Shown: positions 12,265-25,146, counted from the whole stretch's first letter. The stretch is DNA of 63,980 nt, filler included, from Octopus bimaculoides (GCF_001194135.2; 4 parts of 4 records of this genome joined end to end with filler, not necessarily neighbours in it); one strand, 5' to 3'. The notes: a model not told the origin generated them from the sequence alone. Numbers and translations: made by a program.

Positions 12265-13209
12265 CGTTCACACACACACATATATATATATATATACGCA
12301 TACATATATATATATATATCTTTATTTATATATATATATATATATACATATATATACATATATATATATACTACACTTTGATCTTAGCCAAAAGGCATAC
12401 TCATACTCGCTTACATACATACACATATATGTCATAGGCATACAGCCCCGAAAGCGACAATATCTTTATACACATACATACACACATATGCATACATACG
12501 TATGTATGTATACATATACATGTACTTGTACATAGCGGTTTGCACGCCTAGCTGCACATTCTTGCAGCCAGCTGTTGCTATGATAGTTTCTAGCAAATTG
12601 TTGCACATATATTCACACAGGCAGATTTGGTAAATTTTGTAGCTGCTTGCTGCAGCCTTTAACTTTACCTGTTAGGAGATCAAGACAACCTGACCCCAAA
12701 CTCGCTTTTCATAGCTCCCTTCATTAGGTGCAGACCTTACTAATCTATCTATCGAACTTGCTCCCTTGTCAATTTTATCCCTTTTCTCTTCCCTTTCCCT
12801 ATTCTCTTCTTTTCCCATTATTCGGTTTTCCCTTTGTGCAAAAAAATAAATAAATAAATAAGAAAACAAAATAAGAAAAAAGAAATGATTTTTGCCCTTG
12901 AGCGATAGTATAACATCATGTCTCCATTGACACAATTGTGTGTACTTGCACGCGCGCGTGTGCATGTGTGTGTGTGTTATGTGTATGTTTCTGTATGCAT
13001 CTTTAACGCGGCATGCTTGAATAGTTTGCCTTTAAAAAGTCTGTAAAATAGATGGAAATCCTGCATCTTTTTACATCTGCTTATATCTGTTTCTATGACG
13101 GCAAACGTGTTTTGCACCTGATCTTCCTCAGGGGGCAGTAATTGCTGATAGCGGGGAATGGGAGGAAGAGAAGTAGATGGACCAAATATCATTTTCAAAT
13201 CTTGACACA

Positions 13210-13852
13210 AGGCCACAAATTCTGGGGAAGGGATTGATCGATTAGGTTAGATCGACTCCCTTGCTCAACGGGTGCTTATTCTATCGACTCTGAAAGGGTG
13301 AAAGGTAAAACCAACCTCGGTGAAATTGGAACTCAGAACCTCGAGACGGACGAAATGCCGCTAAACATTTTGCCCGGCCTGCTAACGGTTCCGCCAGCTC
13401 GCCGCCTTAAGAACCACTCTAATATTGGTTTCAAATTAAGGTGGCGAGCTGGCAGAAACATTAGCACGCCGGGCGAAATGCTTAGCGGTATTTCGTCTGT
13501 TTTTATGTTCTGAGTTCAAATTCGGCCGAGGTCGACTTTACCTTTCATCCTTTCGAGGTCGATAAATTAAGTACCAGTTGCGCACTGGTACTTAATCTAA
13601 TCGACTGGCCCCCTCCCCCAAAATTTCGGGCCTTGTGCTTAGAGTAGAAAAGAATGTTGGTTTCAAATTTTAGCGCAAGGCCAGAAATTTCAGGGGAGAC
13701 GGTATGTCGATTACATCGACCCCAATGCTTAACGTGTACTTATTTTATTGATCCCAAAAGGATGAAAGGCAAAGTCAGATTCGGCGTGATTTGAAACCAG
13801 AACGTTAAGCATTTTGCCCAGCGTGCTAACAATTCTGACAGCTCGCCGCCTT
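13210..13852. mobile_element. Three family-B SINEs in alternating orientation (minus ~13210-13410, plus ~13438-13655, minus ~13660-13852)
   Basis: Shared body GGCGAGCTGGCAGAA..GAGTTCAAATT..GAGGTCGACTTT.CCTTTCATCC in each copy. Confidence 0.85.
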
Positions 13853-14348
13853 CAGATGGATGAAATCCATCGACTGCAAATATGGTTTGGTGATTAAGAA
13901 GTTCTATTCACAACTACGTGGTTACGGGTTCCATTTCACTGTGAGGCACTTCGTAATGAAGTTTAGAAGACCGGTATATTGTGGAATGTAGTCGGAGAGA
14001 TACTTTCCTGTTTGGAGAAAGCTGGAGTGTACAAACTGTACTACCTGTGATTCAGGTGATATAAACAGTTCTCTCTGTAAGCCAGGGTGTATAATTAGTA
14101 CTCTGTATAAGTCAAAGAATTCAAACAGCATCCACTTTGAGTGAGAGGTAACAAATCATATTTTTTGTTAGTCAAGGAGTATACACATTGCTGTCTGTTA
14201 GATAGAAGGTATGAAATGTACTTTCCACAAGCTAGAAAATACAAAACGATCCCTCCTTTTAGAAGAGAGTACAAACACTAGTCCCATTTCGGCTTTATTG
14301 AGCATCGTCAGCACAGATTAATTCAAGATATTAAAGTTTCTTTGATAT

Positions 14349-14390
14349 CTTGCATTATTGTCGGTGAAGCTGCACCGACAATAATGCAAG
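14349..14390. repeat. 42-bp near-perfect palindrome (18-bp perfect arms)
   Basis: CTTGCATTATTGTCGGTG-aagctg-CACCGACAATAATGCAAG. Confidence 0.95.
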
Positions 14391-14715
14391 GTTGAATTTG
14401 CAACAGTGAGTAGTCGCTTCAGTGGAAACACGTGTAGGGCATTGCAATATGCTGTATAAGAATATAAAATAAATTTTGTGGATGTACAAGTCTCCATACC
14501 CTTTATTATTAACAATAATATATACGCAGACAATTTTTACAGTCCAGCGAAGCGTACACGGAATTAACCGTTGGAAGAATTCATGGAGTGACTAGCAACA
14601 AATTGTAGTCATGGACGCTAAATACTGATTGAAGTGGTTAGCTGTTATCTGGAAATTAACTGAAAGCTAATTTGGTATCCTCTCGAATAACATATCCCTC
14701 TAAACTCACTTTTAT

Positions 14716-14767
<52 letters not shown>

Positions 14768-15485
14768 NNNNNNNNNNNNNNNNNNNNNNNNNNNNNNNNN
14801 NNNNNNNNNNNNNNNNNNNNNNNNNNNNNNNNNNNNNNNNNNNNNNNNNNNNNNNNNNNNNNNNNNNNNNNNNNNNNNNNNNNNNNNNNNNNNNNNNNNN
14901 NNNNNNNNNNNNNNNNNNNNNNNNNNNNNNNNNNNNNNNNNNNNNNNNNNNNNNNNNNNNNNNNNNNNNNNNNNNNNNNNNNNNNNNNNNNNNNNNNNNN
15001 NNNNNNNNNNNNNNNNNNNNNNNNNNNNNNNNNNNNNNNNNNNNNNNNNNNNNNNNNNNNNNNNNNNNNNNNNNNNNNNNNNNNNNNNNNNNNNNNNNNN
15101 NNNNNNNNNNNNNNNNNNNNNNNNNNNNNNNNNNNNNNNNNNNNNNNNNNNNNNNNNNNNNNNNNNNNNNNNNNNNNNNNNNNNNNNNNNNNNNNNNNNN
15201 NNNNNNNNNNNNNNNNNNNNNNNNNNNNNNNNNNNNNNNNNNNNNNNNNNNNNNNNNNNNNNNNNNNNNNNNNNNNNNNNNNNNNNNNNNNNNNNNNNNN
15301 NNNNNNNNNNNNNNNNNNNNNNNNNNNNNNNNNNNNNNNNNNNNNNNNNNNNNNNNNNNNNNNNNNNNNNNNNNNNNNNNNNNNNNNNNNNNNNNNNNNN
15401 NNNNNNNNNNNNNNNNNNNNNNNNNNNNNNNNNNNNNNNNNNNNNNNNNNNNNNNNNNNNNNNNNNNNNNNNNNNNNNNNNNNNN

Positions 15486-15519
<34 letters not shown>

Positions 15520-15522
15520 GTG

Positions 15523-15672
15523 CAGGCGTGGCAGTGTGGCGAGAGCTTGCTTACTAACCACATGGTTCCGGGTTCAGTCCCACTACATTGCACCTTGGGG
15601 AAGTGTCTTCTACTATAGCCTCGGGCCGTCCAAAGCTTTGTGATTGGATTTGGTGGACGGAAACTGAAAGAC
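15523..15672 (+). mobile_element. tRNA-derived SINE family D (other copies on the minus strand at ~2765-2858 and ~38850-39000)
   Basis: GCGTGGCAGTGTGG..GGGTTCAGTCCC..GTGTCTTCTACTATAGCC..ACGGAAACTGAAAG. Confidence 0.8.
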
Positions 15673-15899
15673 AGACAAGTAGGGATAAAAAAGATTTTCT
15701 TCTGTTTTTTCCTCTCTTGGTGAAGTATTACTGTCCGAAGCGTTTAACTCTTCAGTTTCTCCTTCAGGGTAAGATAAATTTCTTTGCACTCCTCACTTAC
15801 TCACAGAGTAAAATTAATTAATTTGTATTTCTGTTTGCTTTTGTAGATGTTACGTTCTTCAAAATCTGTGACGGAAAAATGGCTGGCGACTGCTTTCCG

Positions 15900-16620
15900 C
15901 TTGTGGTTGAGGTTGTGATGCGGCTGCGACTGTTATAGTGATGACTGTTGTAGGTGTGTAGTTGTGATAGTTGTGGTGCGATGCAGGTGATCGTGGTTTT
16001 GTAGCGCTGATGGGTGCGGTTGTGATGGCAGCGGTGATGGTGGTTCTGATTATAATGCAGTTGTGAAGGATGTGACGATGGAGGTATTGGTGGTGGTAGT
16101 GGTGGTGATGGTGGTGATGATGGTTGTGACTGTGGATGCAGTTGTGGTGTTGTCGTGAAGCATATAGCAATGGTGGTGATGGTAGCGGTAATAATGATGG
16201 GTGTAGTTACGATGGTGCTTGTATTGGTGGTATGTTTGTGGTTCTTCTGGTAATGGTTGTGGTAATAGTGCTGATGGTGGCGGTGGTTGTAATTGCGGTG
16301 ATGACGGTGGTCGTGATGGAGGTGATGTTAGCGGCGACGTTAATGGTAATGGTGGTGGTAATGTTAGTAACGATGGTTGTTGCGGTGCTAGCTAGTGTGG
16401 TCACAATGGTTGTTGCGGTGCTAGCTAGTGTGGTCACGATGGTTGTTGTGACGGTCCGTTACAAGCAGCTGCTGTAGCAACGACTTTAAGAACAGCAGCA
16501 GCAACAGTTGCAGTGCTGTGTCATAGCGTTATTTGTAATTATTGATTATGTCTGCTCAAGCTCCTGTTGCTGCTGCTACTGCTACTGTTGCTGCTGCTGC
16601 TGCTGCTACTACTACTACTT
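15900..16620. repeat. Cryptic trinucleotide low-complexity tract (GTG/GTT/CTG) with a 33-bp tandem duplication at 16373-16448
   Basis: Seen directly; the overlapping ORFs are Val/Thr-rich by-products. Confidence 0.85.
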
Positions 16621-16733
16621 ACATCATTTCATTCTCTGCCATGGAGACCGAGTTTACAGCTTCCAGTCAAGCTGACAACAAACTCACAAATTATCATCCT
16701 TAAAAACAATCGGTTTCTACTTAATGTACTCTT

Positions 16734-16774
<41 letters not shown>

Positions 16775-17151
16775 NNNNNNNNNNNNNNNNNNNNNNNNNN
16801 NNNNNNNNNNNNNNNNNNNNNNNNNNNNNNNNNNNNNNNNNNNNNNNNNNNNNNNNNNNNNNNNNNNNNNNNNNNNNNNNNNNNNNNNNNNNNNNNNNNN
16901 NNNNNNNNNNNNNNNNNNNNNNNNNNNNNNNNNNNNNNNNNNNNNNNNNNNNNNNNNNNNNNNNNNNNNNNNNNNNNNNNNNNNNNNNNNNNNNNNNNNN
17001 NNNNNNNNNNNNNNNNNNNNNNNNNNNNNNNNNNNNNNNNNNNNNNNNNNNNNNNNNNNNNNNNNNNNNNNNNNNNNNNNNNNNNNNNNNNNNNNNNNNN
17101 NNNNNNNNNNNNNNNNNNNNNNNNNNNNNNNNNNNNNNNNNNNNCTTCTTC

Positions 17152-17238
<87 letters not shown>

Positions 17239-19538
17239 TTTTTCTTCTTCTTGGAACCTAACAGATGACACGCTTTTCTTTCTGCACCAAAAGCGCGACA
17301 ATTGAGCAAAAAAGAGTTGAACAGATTCATGGCGTAGGCAAAACGTTGCTCCTCTAAATGGAAACCTTATCACTTATTGTGGTTTTGTGGCGTGAAGTAA
17401 AGCAGGCCTTGCCGTCTACTCAAGAAAACATAGTAAATAAGCCACAGAGCACTCAAGCAAACTGAGTCCTCAACATATTCCATTTGTCAAAAAGTTTGCA
17501 AGGCACGAGCATAGCTCAAAAGGTACATCACATTCGTGTCCATAGAACATGAAATACAGGGGACGGAGTACCAAATGTGAACTTTGTATCAATGAAAAAT
17601 GTGAACTTTCTATTAATGAAAAATTTTACATGCAATCAGCAGATAAACATTAGGGATGAAACCTTTTTTCCCTGCATACACAAGTAATATTTTACACTCA
17701 AATACTTCAAAGAAGAACAACCATCTGTAACGGTAAACCCACCAGGTTAGCCCCTTTTCTGAACGTGAAATCTGAATGCACAAACTCCACACGCAGGAGA
17801 AATATTCCCCAATAACGAACTACCTCAACACACAAGTATAAGAACACTGCACCCAGAACAAGAACAAAATAATGCAAACAAATTGACCACGCAACAATTT
17901 TCCCAAAAGACAAATCCAAGAGAGACAAACATTCAAAAGATGCCACCCAAGAGTAACATCCTTTGGTTCATTGTCTTATTCACATGAATTCGCGAGGATC
18001 CCTGCGAACTAAACGCGATTATGTTTTCCAAAATGGAGGCGAACACATTTCTCCATGTGATCGGCTTGAAAAATTGCTAAGACACTAGGATGTTTTCCTA
18101 CTTTTCTCAGCACGTAAACCAATGGTAGCTTTAATTCACAAATAAAAAAAAATTATATCCACCAATGCGGTGTTGTGCACTCATTTTCATCGTTCGACAT
18201 TTATGTATATATAAATATATATATGAACAAATGTAAAAATCTTAACTTTCTTTACAGCATCTTTGTGAACAGAAAATAGAAAGAGAATTCACTTAGATTA
18301 GTTTAGTTGCAATCCTGTAGTCGAGATTTCACCCCTGAGTAACCTTCTCTCACTGTTGACAAAGATACCCCATATGAACCCAGAATTACTTGGGGGATTA
18401 TGAAAAATGGACAGATTAATTTGCATATGTAATGTATTCATAGCAGTTAATTCACTTAATAAATTACTGATGCATTAGCAGTTGCTTTATATTAATGTTA
18501 TATTGAACCATTCTCGCGTGACGTACATGACAGTCAGAGACAAATGATGAAACGTCTAAGCTGTAAATTTTGAACATTTACAAGAATTTTATCGATTCAA
18601 GGTTTGACTACCCAAGCAAGAACTAAAGAAAAAAATTACCTGGGTGTATGTTGAATTGTTTGAAGCGTGTCATCGCACAAAATAATTTTTTTCACCGGAA
18701 ATTATTAACAACAAAATTCCTCTGAATTCGTCCAGAGCAGCCTAAAAGGCTTCGTTAAGTTTAGCTATACTGACCTTGGAATTTCAAAAACATGCTGAGT
18801 TTGCTCGACAACAATATCTGTGGTCATGATCCTCAGTTACCTGGTGTGACGTGAATAGCAAAAATGGATATGACATTTTCTAGACAAATATTTTCTGATC
18901 TGGAAGAAATTATCCCAATATCGACATCAGATCGAAAATGAATCGTTTCAACATATCGTAAATAGTGGTTCTCCTGGACCTTCTAAAATTTTTTGACAAA
19001 ATCTGTTTTGGTTGAGCTTTCATGAAAATGGCCCTATTAGACTACAGAATATACCTATAGATTTTTAACCAACGCTGTATCTAGCAGGTAGATGCAAACA
19101 CTGTCTTTATATACAATATTTTCACTGACAGGTCGAGAATATAAAAATAATGGTGAAAAATTTAAGAGGATAGGAAAAACTACAAGGACGAAAATAACAA
19201 TGACAACGACAACAAAATAAATGTAATAGTTTATCAAATTCAATTCTTAAGATCATCGCAACTCGGTCATTCACCGGAATTTTTTATGAACACATGCTCT
19301 CCATCGCTAAAGAAAAAATAGAATAAGCACTAAAATAATTTATGAACAACGAAGAATCCTGGTGCCTCGCCAACTTTTACAAGATTTATGTGTTCAATCC
19401 CTGAAGACAGTAGTGAGATTTGTCTACATAAACGACTGGAAATCAGCATCTGTGGTGGTTCTTATAAGATTTTATTGAATTTTGAATACTGCTGCCAGAC
19501 AGTTTTAAAATTACCGCTTACACATACATACACAGGCA

Positions 19539-19584
<46 letters not shown>

Positions 19585-19969
19585 NNNNNNNNNNNNNNNN
19601 NNNNNNNNNNNNNNNNNNNNNNNNNNNNNNNNNNNNNNNNNNNNNNNNNNNNNNNNNNNNNNNNNNNNNNNNNNNNNNNNNNNNNNNNNNNNNNNNNNNN
19701 NNNNNNNNNNNNNNNNNNNNNNNNNNNNNNNNNNNNNNNNNNNNNNNNNNNNNNNNNNNNNNNNNNNNNNNNNNNNNNNNNNNNNNNNNNNNNNNNNNNN
19801 NNNNNNNNNNNNNNNNNNNNNNNNNNNNNNNNNNNNNNNNNNNNNNNNNNNNNNNNNNNNNNNNNNNNNNNNNNNNNNNNNNNNNNNNNNNNNNNNNNNN
19901 NNNNNNNNNNNNNNNNNNNNNNNNNNNNNNNNNNNNNNNNNNNNNNNNNNNNNNCTCTCTCTCTCTCTC

Positions 19970-20010
<41 letters not shown>

Positions 20011-20702
20011 GCAACCACTGCTCTCTCTTTCTCCATTCTTAGGACGTGAAAGAAAAAAAGACAGCAAGCAAACAAGACACGGGAGATACGAGGTGGCTTT
20101 TTATATCACTGATACATTACCGACATATACGCGTGTGCATATGTGTGTATGTGTCTGTATTTAGGTGTGATTGTGTACATAATCTGCATATATTTGTGTA
20201 TATATACATGTGTGTATGCATGTCTGCGTGTGTAGCAATGATTGCATATATATAAGAAATGTGTGTTTGTGTGTGTGCTTGTATGTACGTTTGTATGCAT
20301 GTATGTTTGTATGTACATATGTATATATGTTTGTATGTATGTATGTATGTATGTATGTAGATAGCAAATCACTCCAGAGAAGTTTTAAGTATCATTTAGT
20401 TACGACAACGTGAGAGTAAATAAATACAGATGTATATATCGAGTGTTAGACTTGTGTATATAACAAGCATCGATGTGTATATAACAAGCATCGATGTGTA
20501 TGCGTGTTGATTTACGTATGAAGCCGAAGTTTACAACATCGCAGCGACTTTCTCGGAAAGGGGGTTGACCGTCAATTCACCCATTGTATCCTCGAATATA
20601 CGAACACAGCTAATACACATGCCTACGCACACACACACACACACGTATATATATATATATACATACATGCATGCATAGACACACAGACACACACACACAC
20701 AT

Positions 20703-20747
<45 letters not shown>

Positions 20748-21424
20748 CATGCCTACGCTCACACTCATATCGCATATAAACAAAAATTATCTATATGCAT
20801 ATATCTGCACATATATATATATGTGTGTGTATGTGTGTATGTGTGTGTACATATATATACACACACACACATATATATATGTACATACATACATATATAT
20901 ATATACACACATATATATATATATATATGCATACATACATTTATATACATCAATATATATGTATGTATATATATGAGTGTGTGTGTCTATACATATATAT
21001 GCATTTATTTATGAATGATTATAGCTATATACAATGTAAATAAACTGATATACATATACGTATATATAAACATACATATATGCATAGGTATGTGCCTAGA
21101 TGTAGCTTACCCACACATTGTTGGAATAGCACGTTTATAAAGACCTTGTTTTAAGTCACCCACAGTGTTTAGTTTGGAGGCGGTGACTGTGTGTTTATGT
21201 ATATGCTTGCGTACATACATTTGTTTGTATGATTGTGTGTGAATGTGTCTATTTGTACGTGCTTATGTCAGGGTTTGTTTACGTCCGCGTTTCTGTGTGC
21301 CTGTATGTGTACATATACATTCCTGTACGTTTAGAGACGTGGTATGCTTTGTATGCATACATTGTTCGTACGCATAATACTTATTTGCGACAGAATGTAT
21401 ACGTATGAGATTGTATGTGTGTGT

Positions 21425-21461
<37 letters not shown>

Positions 21462-21740
21462 GTGTACGTGTATGTACGGTACGTTGCCTGTATGTTTGTA
21501 TGTATGGGTTGCAGGGAAGAGTTAGATGTTTGTGCGTCGGTGTTTGGCATACAAGATGCACTCCCCCACTAGCCACAAATACAAAAAAAGTCTCGAAAAA
21601 TTACCCTGGGTCCTATATGCGAAGGTGCTTTAAATATTGGTTTCAAATTTTAGCACAAGGTCAGCAATTTTGGAGTTGGAGTAAGTCGCTTACATCAACC
21701 CCAGTACTCAACTGGTACTTATTTTATCGACTTCAATAAG

Positions 21741-22261
21741 ATGAGCCTATATGAGCAGAAGACTATGCATGGATATGTCAGTAGAATGCTCCGTGCTGAT
21801 AGTAACATCGATCATCAAAGCAGTTTATCATGGACCAGTGGCCGGACTACTACTACCTCCCACTTTGAAGGATATGCGTTTGCAATCCAGGAACAGGAAA
21901 TATCAACCAAGTACTTGATGCACAAAAGGGATAAAGATGCAGGAAAAACCGTAAAATGTGACAACCGATGCAGACTTTGTGGAGTTCACACTGAAGATAT
22001 CAGGCACATCACAAGCAGTTGTCCGAAAATGTCATCCGGTATTATCTACCGGTGAGACATGTTGTTGTAGCTAGGACACTCTTTAATGAAATTCATTGGA
22101 AGGATAATACAGAGGACAAAGAAATAAGAAGCCGTAGCCACTCACAATAAAAATGAATACTTGTGGAATGTACCAGTGAAGACCTCAATATAATGTAAGC
22201 ACAACAGACCTGATATAATGATTTGGGATAGAGAAGTGAAACTGTGCACAGTTGTGGAAAT

Positions 22262-22262
<1 letters not shown>
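21741..22262 (+). mobile_element. RLE-type non-LTR retrotransposon fragment (R4/Dong-like): CCHC knuckle and restriction-like endonuclease
   Basis: EGYAFAIQEQEISTKY..CRLCGVHTEDIRHITSSCPKMS, then frameshifted RH.VVA, YLWNVPV..KHNRPDIMIWD..VVEI. Confidence 0.85.
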
Positions 22263-22298
<36 letters not shown>

Positions 22299-22299
22299 T

Positions 22300-22354
<55 letters not shown>
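22262..22354. repeat. (GATA)n microsatellite
   Basis: Seen directly. Confidence 0.95.
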
Positions 22355-22791
22355 TTCACCCGCCTCTTGAATACAGATGTGCATCCTAGCTACGCCTAAA
22401 GGAAACCAACCACTTTGACACAATCCTCAGATGATGTCTTACCCAAGAGAACGATTGCTAGTCGCTAACGAAAGCTCCTTGGAGATTATACTTGTCATTT
22501 CATTTGTTAATTCTTGAGAGATGGTAAACGTTACTTACTCAATACTGCAACGATCGTACCCCGCTCATTAACACCGCACAACCAAAGCTAGAATCAACAA
22601 CTCGCAGAAGTAAACATCAAATTAATCACCGGAGACAGTCGTCAATAGTTACAAGTAGAGCCCGGATGTAGACGTAGATAATTGGGAAAGTGCTCTTTTA
22701 TGAATATTTGTCCTTTCTCTTTGGGTTTTTTTTTTGTTTTGTTTTTTNNNNNNNNNNNNNNNNNNNNNNNNNNNNNNNNNNNNNNNNNNNN

Positions 22792-22803
22792 TTAATTAAT
22801 TAA
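22792..22803. other. Artificial scaffold spacer TTAATTAATTAA between two 44-N runs (also 34077-34088 and 54676-54687)
   Basis: Identical 12-mer with stops in all six frames, centred in a 100-bp N block, three times. Confidence 0.9.
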
Positions 22804-22847
22804 NNNNNNNNNNNNNNNNNNNNNNNNNNNNNNNNNNNNNNNNNNNN

Positions 22848-22885
<38 letters not shown>

Positions 22886-23210
22886 ATATGTGTGTCTCTC
22901 TGTCTGTGTGTCTGTATGTGAGAATCACTAAAACTCTAAAACTACGAAACAGGTTTCATTCTAACGTTACACATGCTTTAATTAGGGTCTATACAGTGCC
23001 ATGTGCCAAAAGAAATTACAAACTCTTGCCTATTGTGAGCCCGCACAAATCTCTTATCTCTTATACATTTTCGGTATTACATCTCTATTGTAATGTGATA
23101 TAATACATTCACTATTATGTGATTTTATTTTCAACTACTTTCACTGTATAAATATATATATTAATTCTATTAGATTTACTGTGTATTTATATACATGTGT
23201 GTATATGTTC

Positions 23211-23243
<33 letters not shown>

Positions 23244-23446
23244 CAATGTTAATTCTCTAAATGAAGTATTAACAGTAACTGCACGATAAAGTGTAGTATA
23301 TTGCCACTTAAGTGTGGCTGACCCCTAGGGGTGGATGTTACTGTTGATTTTAGCCCCAGGAGGACATCTCCTCCAGCTGGCTTATCGACACACTACTGTG
23401 TCCTGTTTGCCAAGGCAAGTTATCCCTCCCATTATGATCTGTAGCA

Positions 23447-23491
23447 CGAACGGACCCGGGTTTCAGGGTTATTTCCCTTCGTCAGCGTCCG
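23447..23491 (-). ncRNA. Type I hammerhead ribozyme motif, intact core
   Basis: Minus strand reads CGGACG-CUGACGA-AGGG(aaauaa)CCCU-GAA-ACCCGGGU-C^CGUUCG. Helix I is 6 bp (one GU), helix II 4 bp, helix III palindromic, cleavage triplet GUC. Confidence 0.88.
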
Positions 23492-24143
23492 ATAGCCACT
23501 GATCTTTGATGAGAGAGATAAATTCTTGGCAATCTTATATATNNNNNNNNNNNNNNNNNNNNNNNNNNNNNNNNNNNNNNNNNNNNNNNNNNNNNNNNNN
23601 NNNNNNNNNNNNNNNNNNNNNNNNNNNNNNNNNNNNNNNNNNNNNNNNNNNNNNNNNNNNNNNNNNNNNNNNNNNNNNNNNNNNNNNNNNNNNNNNNNNN
23701 NNNNNNNNNNNNNNNNNNNNNNNNNNNNNNNNNNNNNNNNNNNNNNNNNNNNNNNNNNNNNNNNNNNNNNNNNNNNNNNNNNNNNNNNNNNNNNNNNNNN
23801 NNNNNNNNNNNNNNNNNNNNNNNNNNNNNNNNNNNNNNNNNNNNNNNNNNNNNNNNNNNNNNNNNNNNNNNNNNNNNNNNNNNNNNNNNNNNNNNNNNNN
23901 NNNNNNNNNNNNNNNNNNNNNNNNNNNNNNNNNNNNNNNNNNNNNNNNNNNNNNNNNNNNNNNNNNNNNNNNNNNNNNNNNNNNNNNNNNNNNNNNNNNN
24001 NNNNNNNNNNNNNNNNNTATATATATATATGTATATATATATGTGTGTGTGTGTGTGTGTGATTGCGTGTACATAATTATATATACACCTATATACACAT
24101 GCATATATTTATATCTTTGTTTATATATGTATATATATATATC

Positions 24144-24960
24144 GACATATTCGGGGACTGCGATGAGTACGAGAATGGCCCCCACTTTTGCTAACCTAGT
24201 CATGGGATATATTGAAATCAGTCTTTATTGTTCGGTACTAAAAAATATGGCAACCCATTCTCCCTCTTCATAGAAAATAACTGGAAGAGACACCTGGTTG
24301 ATTATTTCATTCTTTGGCATGAAAGTATAGAGAGACTGAAAGAATGTCAAGCATCTATACACCGACATGTTGTATGCATTCAATTCACGATGGAATATAG
24401 CCATCTTCCTTTCCTCGACATCCTCATTAGGAAATCTAACAACGAAATAGAAACAGATATATACTGTAAACCCACGGACCCCAAGCAATATGTATCGTTC
24501 AACTTATGCCATTCCTTACACACTATGATGAATATCCCTTTCAAACTTACAAAAAAGATTTGTACCATTGTTTCTAATACAAGCACCAGGGACACGCGAC
24601 TACATGAACTAAAGGAAACACTCATCACCAGGAACTACCCATCACTAATTGACATATGATTTCAACATGCCCTACAACTCAACGTCCACGAACTCAGACA
24701 TCCCAAATTAAAGAATGATTGACAACCAAAAGCCCTACCAAAGATGTCCGTACACACCCCTCTTTAAAATGAAGCTTTCGACACCATCCTTCAAAATATT
24801 CCCCTGCTAAAAAAGGACCACAGAATTAATTTAATTCTCCAAACGCACAACATCATAAAAAAGCAAGAGACAGCCCAAATCTTTGAAAAGTCTCCTAACA
24901 CAAGCCCGAATACGCTCAACAACAACACAGAAAGCGTCAGTAAAAAAATCCAACTGTGGT
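24144..24960 (+). mobile_element. Penelope-like element RT fragment (pseudogenised)
   Basis: Remnants GTAMSTRMAPTFANLVMGYIE, IQFTME..LPFLDILI..ETDIYCKPTD..QY..CH..NIPFKLTKKICTIVS..RNYP, with frameshifts and stops. Confidence 0.88.
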
Positions 24961-25146
24961 ATATGCTTGAACCTAACTAAGAGATCAGGATCTTAGATTA
25001 ACACCCACGCAAATATTAAAAACTGTATATTCAAAACTGTCACCCCAGGAATTTATTCACAGCAATTTCAATCACTACTATCATCCACGACGAGTCACTT
25101 GTAGGTCACTTGAATATTTAAGTTGATTCCATCAACATCGTTATAC

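Noticed and set aside
14281-14316. Minus-strand CUGACGA...GCCGAAA
   Set aside because: Helix II is out of register, and there is no NUH triplet or helix I.
14403-14445. CAGTGA/TCAGTG-GAAACACGTGTA (helix II/III-like)
   Set aside because: The CUGANGA box and helix I partner are absent.
15700-15905. Plus-strand GT-AG pair (15769-15846) suggesting a 78-bp intron
   Set aside because: The joined frames are short and resemble no known protein; such signals arise by chance.
16136-16477. Val/Met-rich ORF and antisense Thr-rich mucin-like ORF
   Set aside because: By-products of GTG/ATG trinucleotide low complexity, with no splice or family evidence.
19401-19450. CUGAAGA-CAGU..ACUG-GAAAU..AUC
   Set aside because: No helix I pairing and a C-G closing pair; likely chance.
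17290-19510. 2.2-kb unique stretch with C2H2-like (SICQKVCK..LKR) and RT-like (VVLLDLLKFFDKI) hints
   Set aside because: The hints are short, stop-ridden and in inconsistent frames. It is probably an old TE, but unassignable without a profile search; it shows no UNC-93 similarity.
25085-25115. Possible HHR relic after the PLE RT fragment
   Set aside because: Both core boxes are mutated and only a partial helix II remains.
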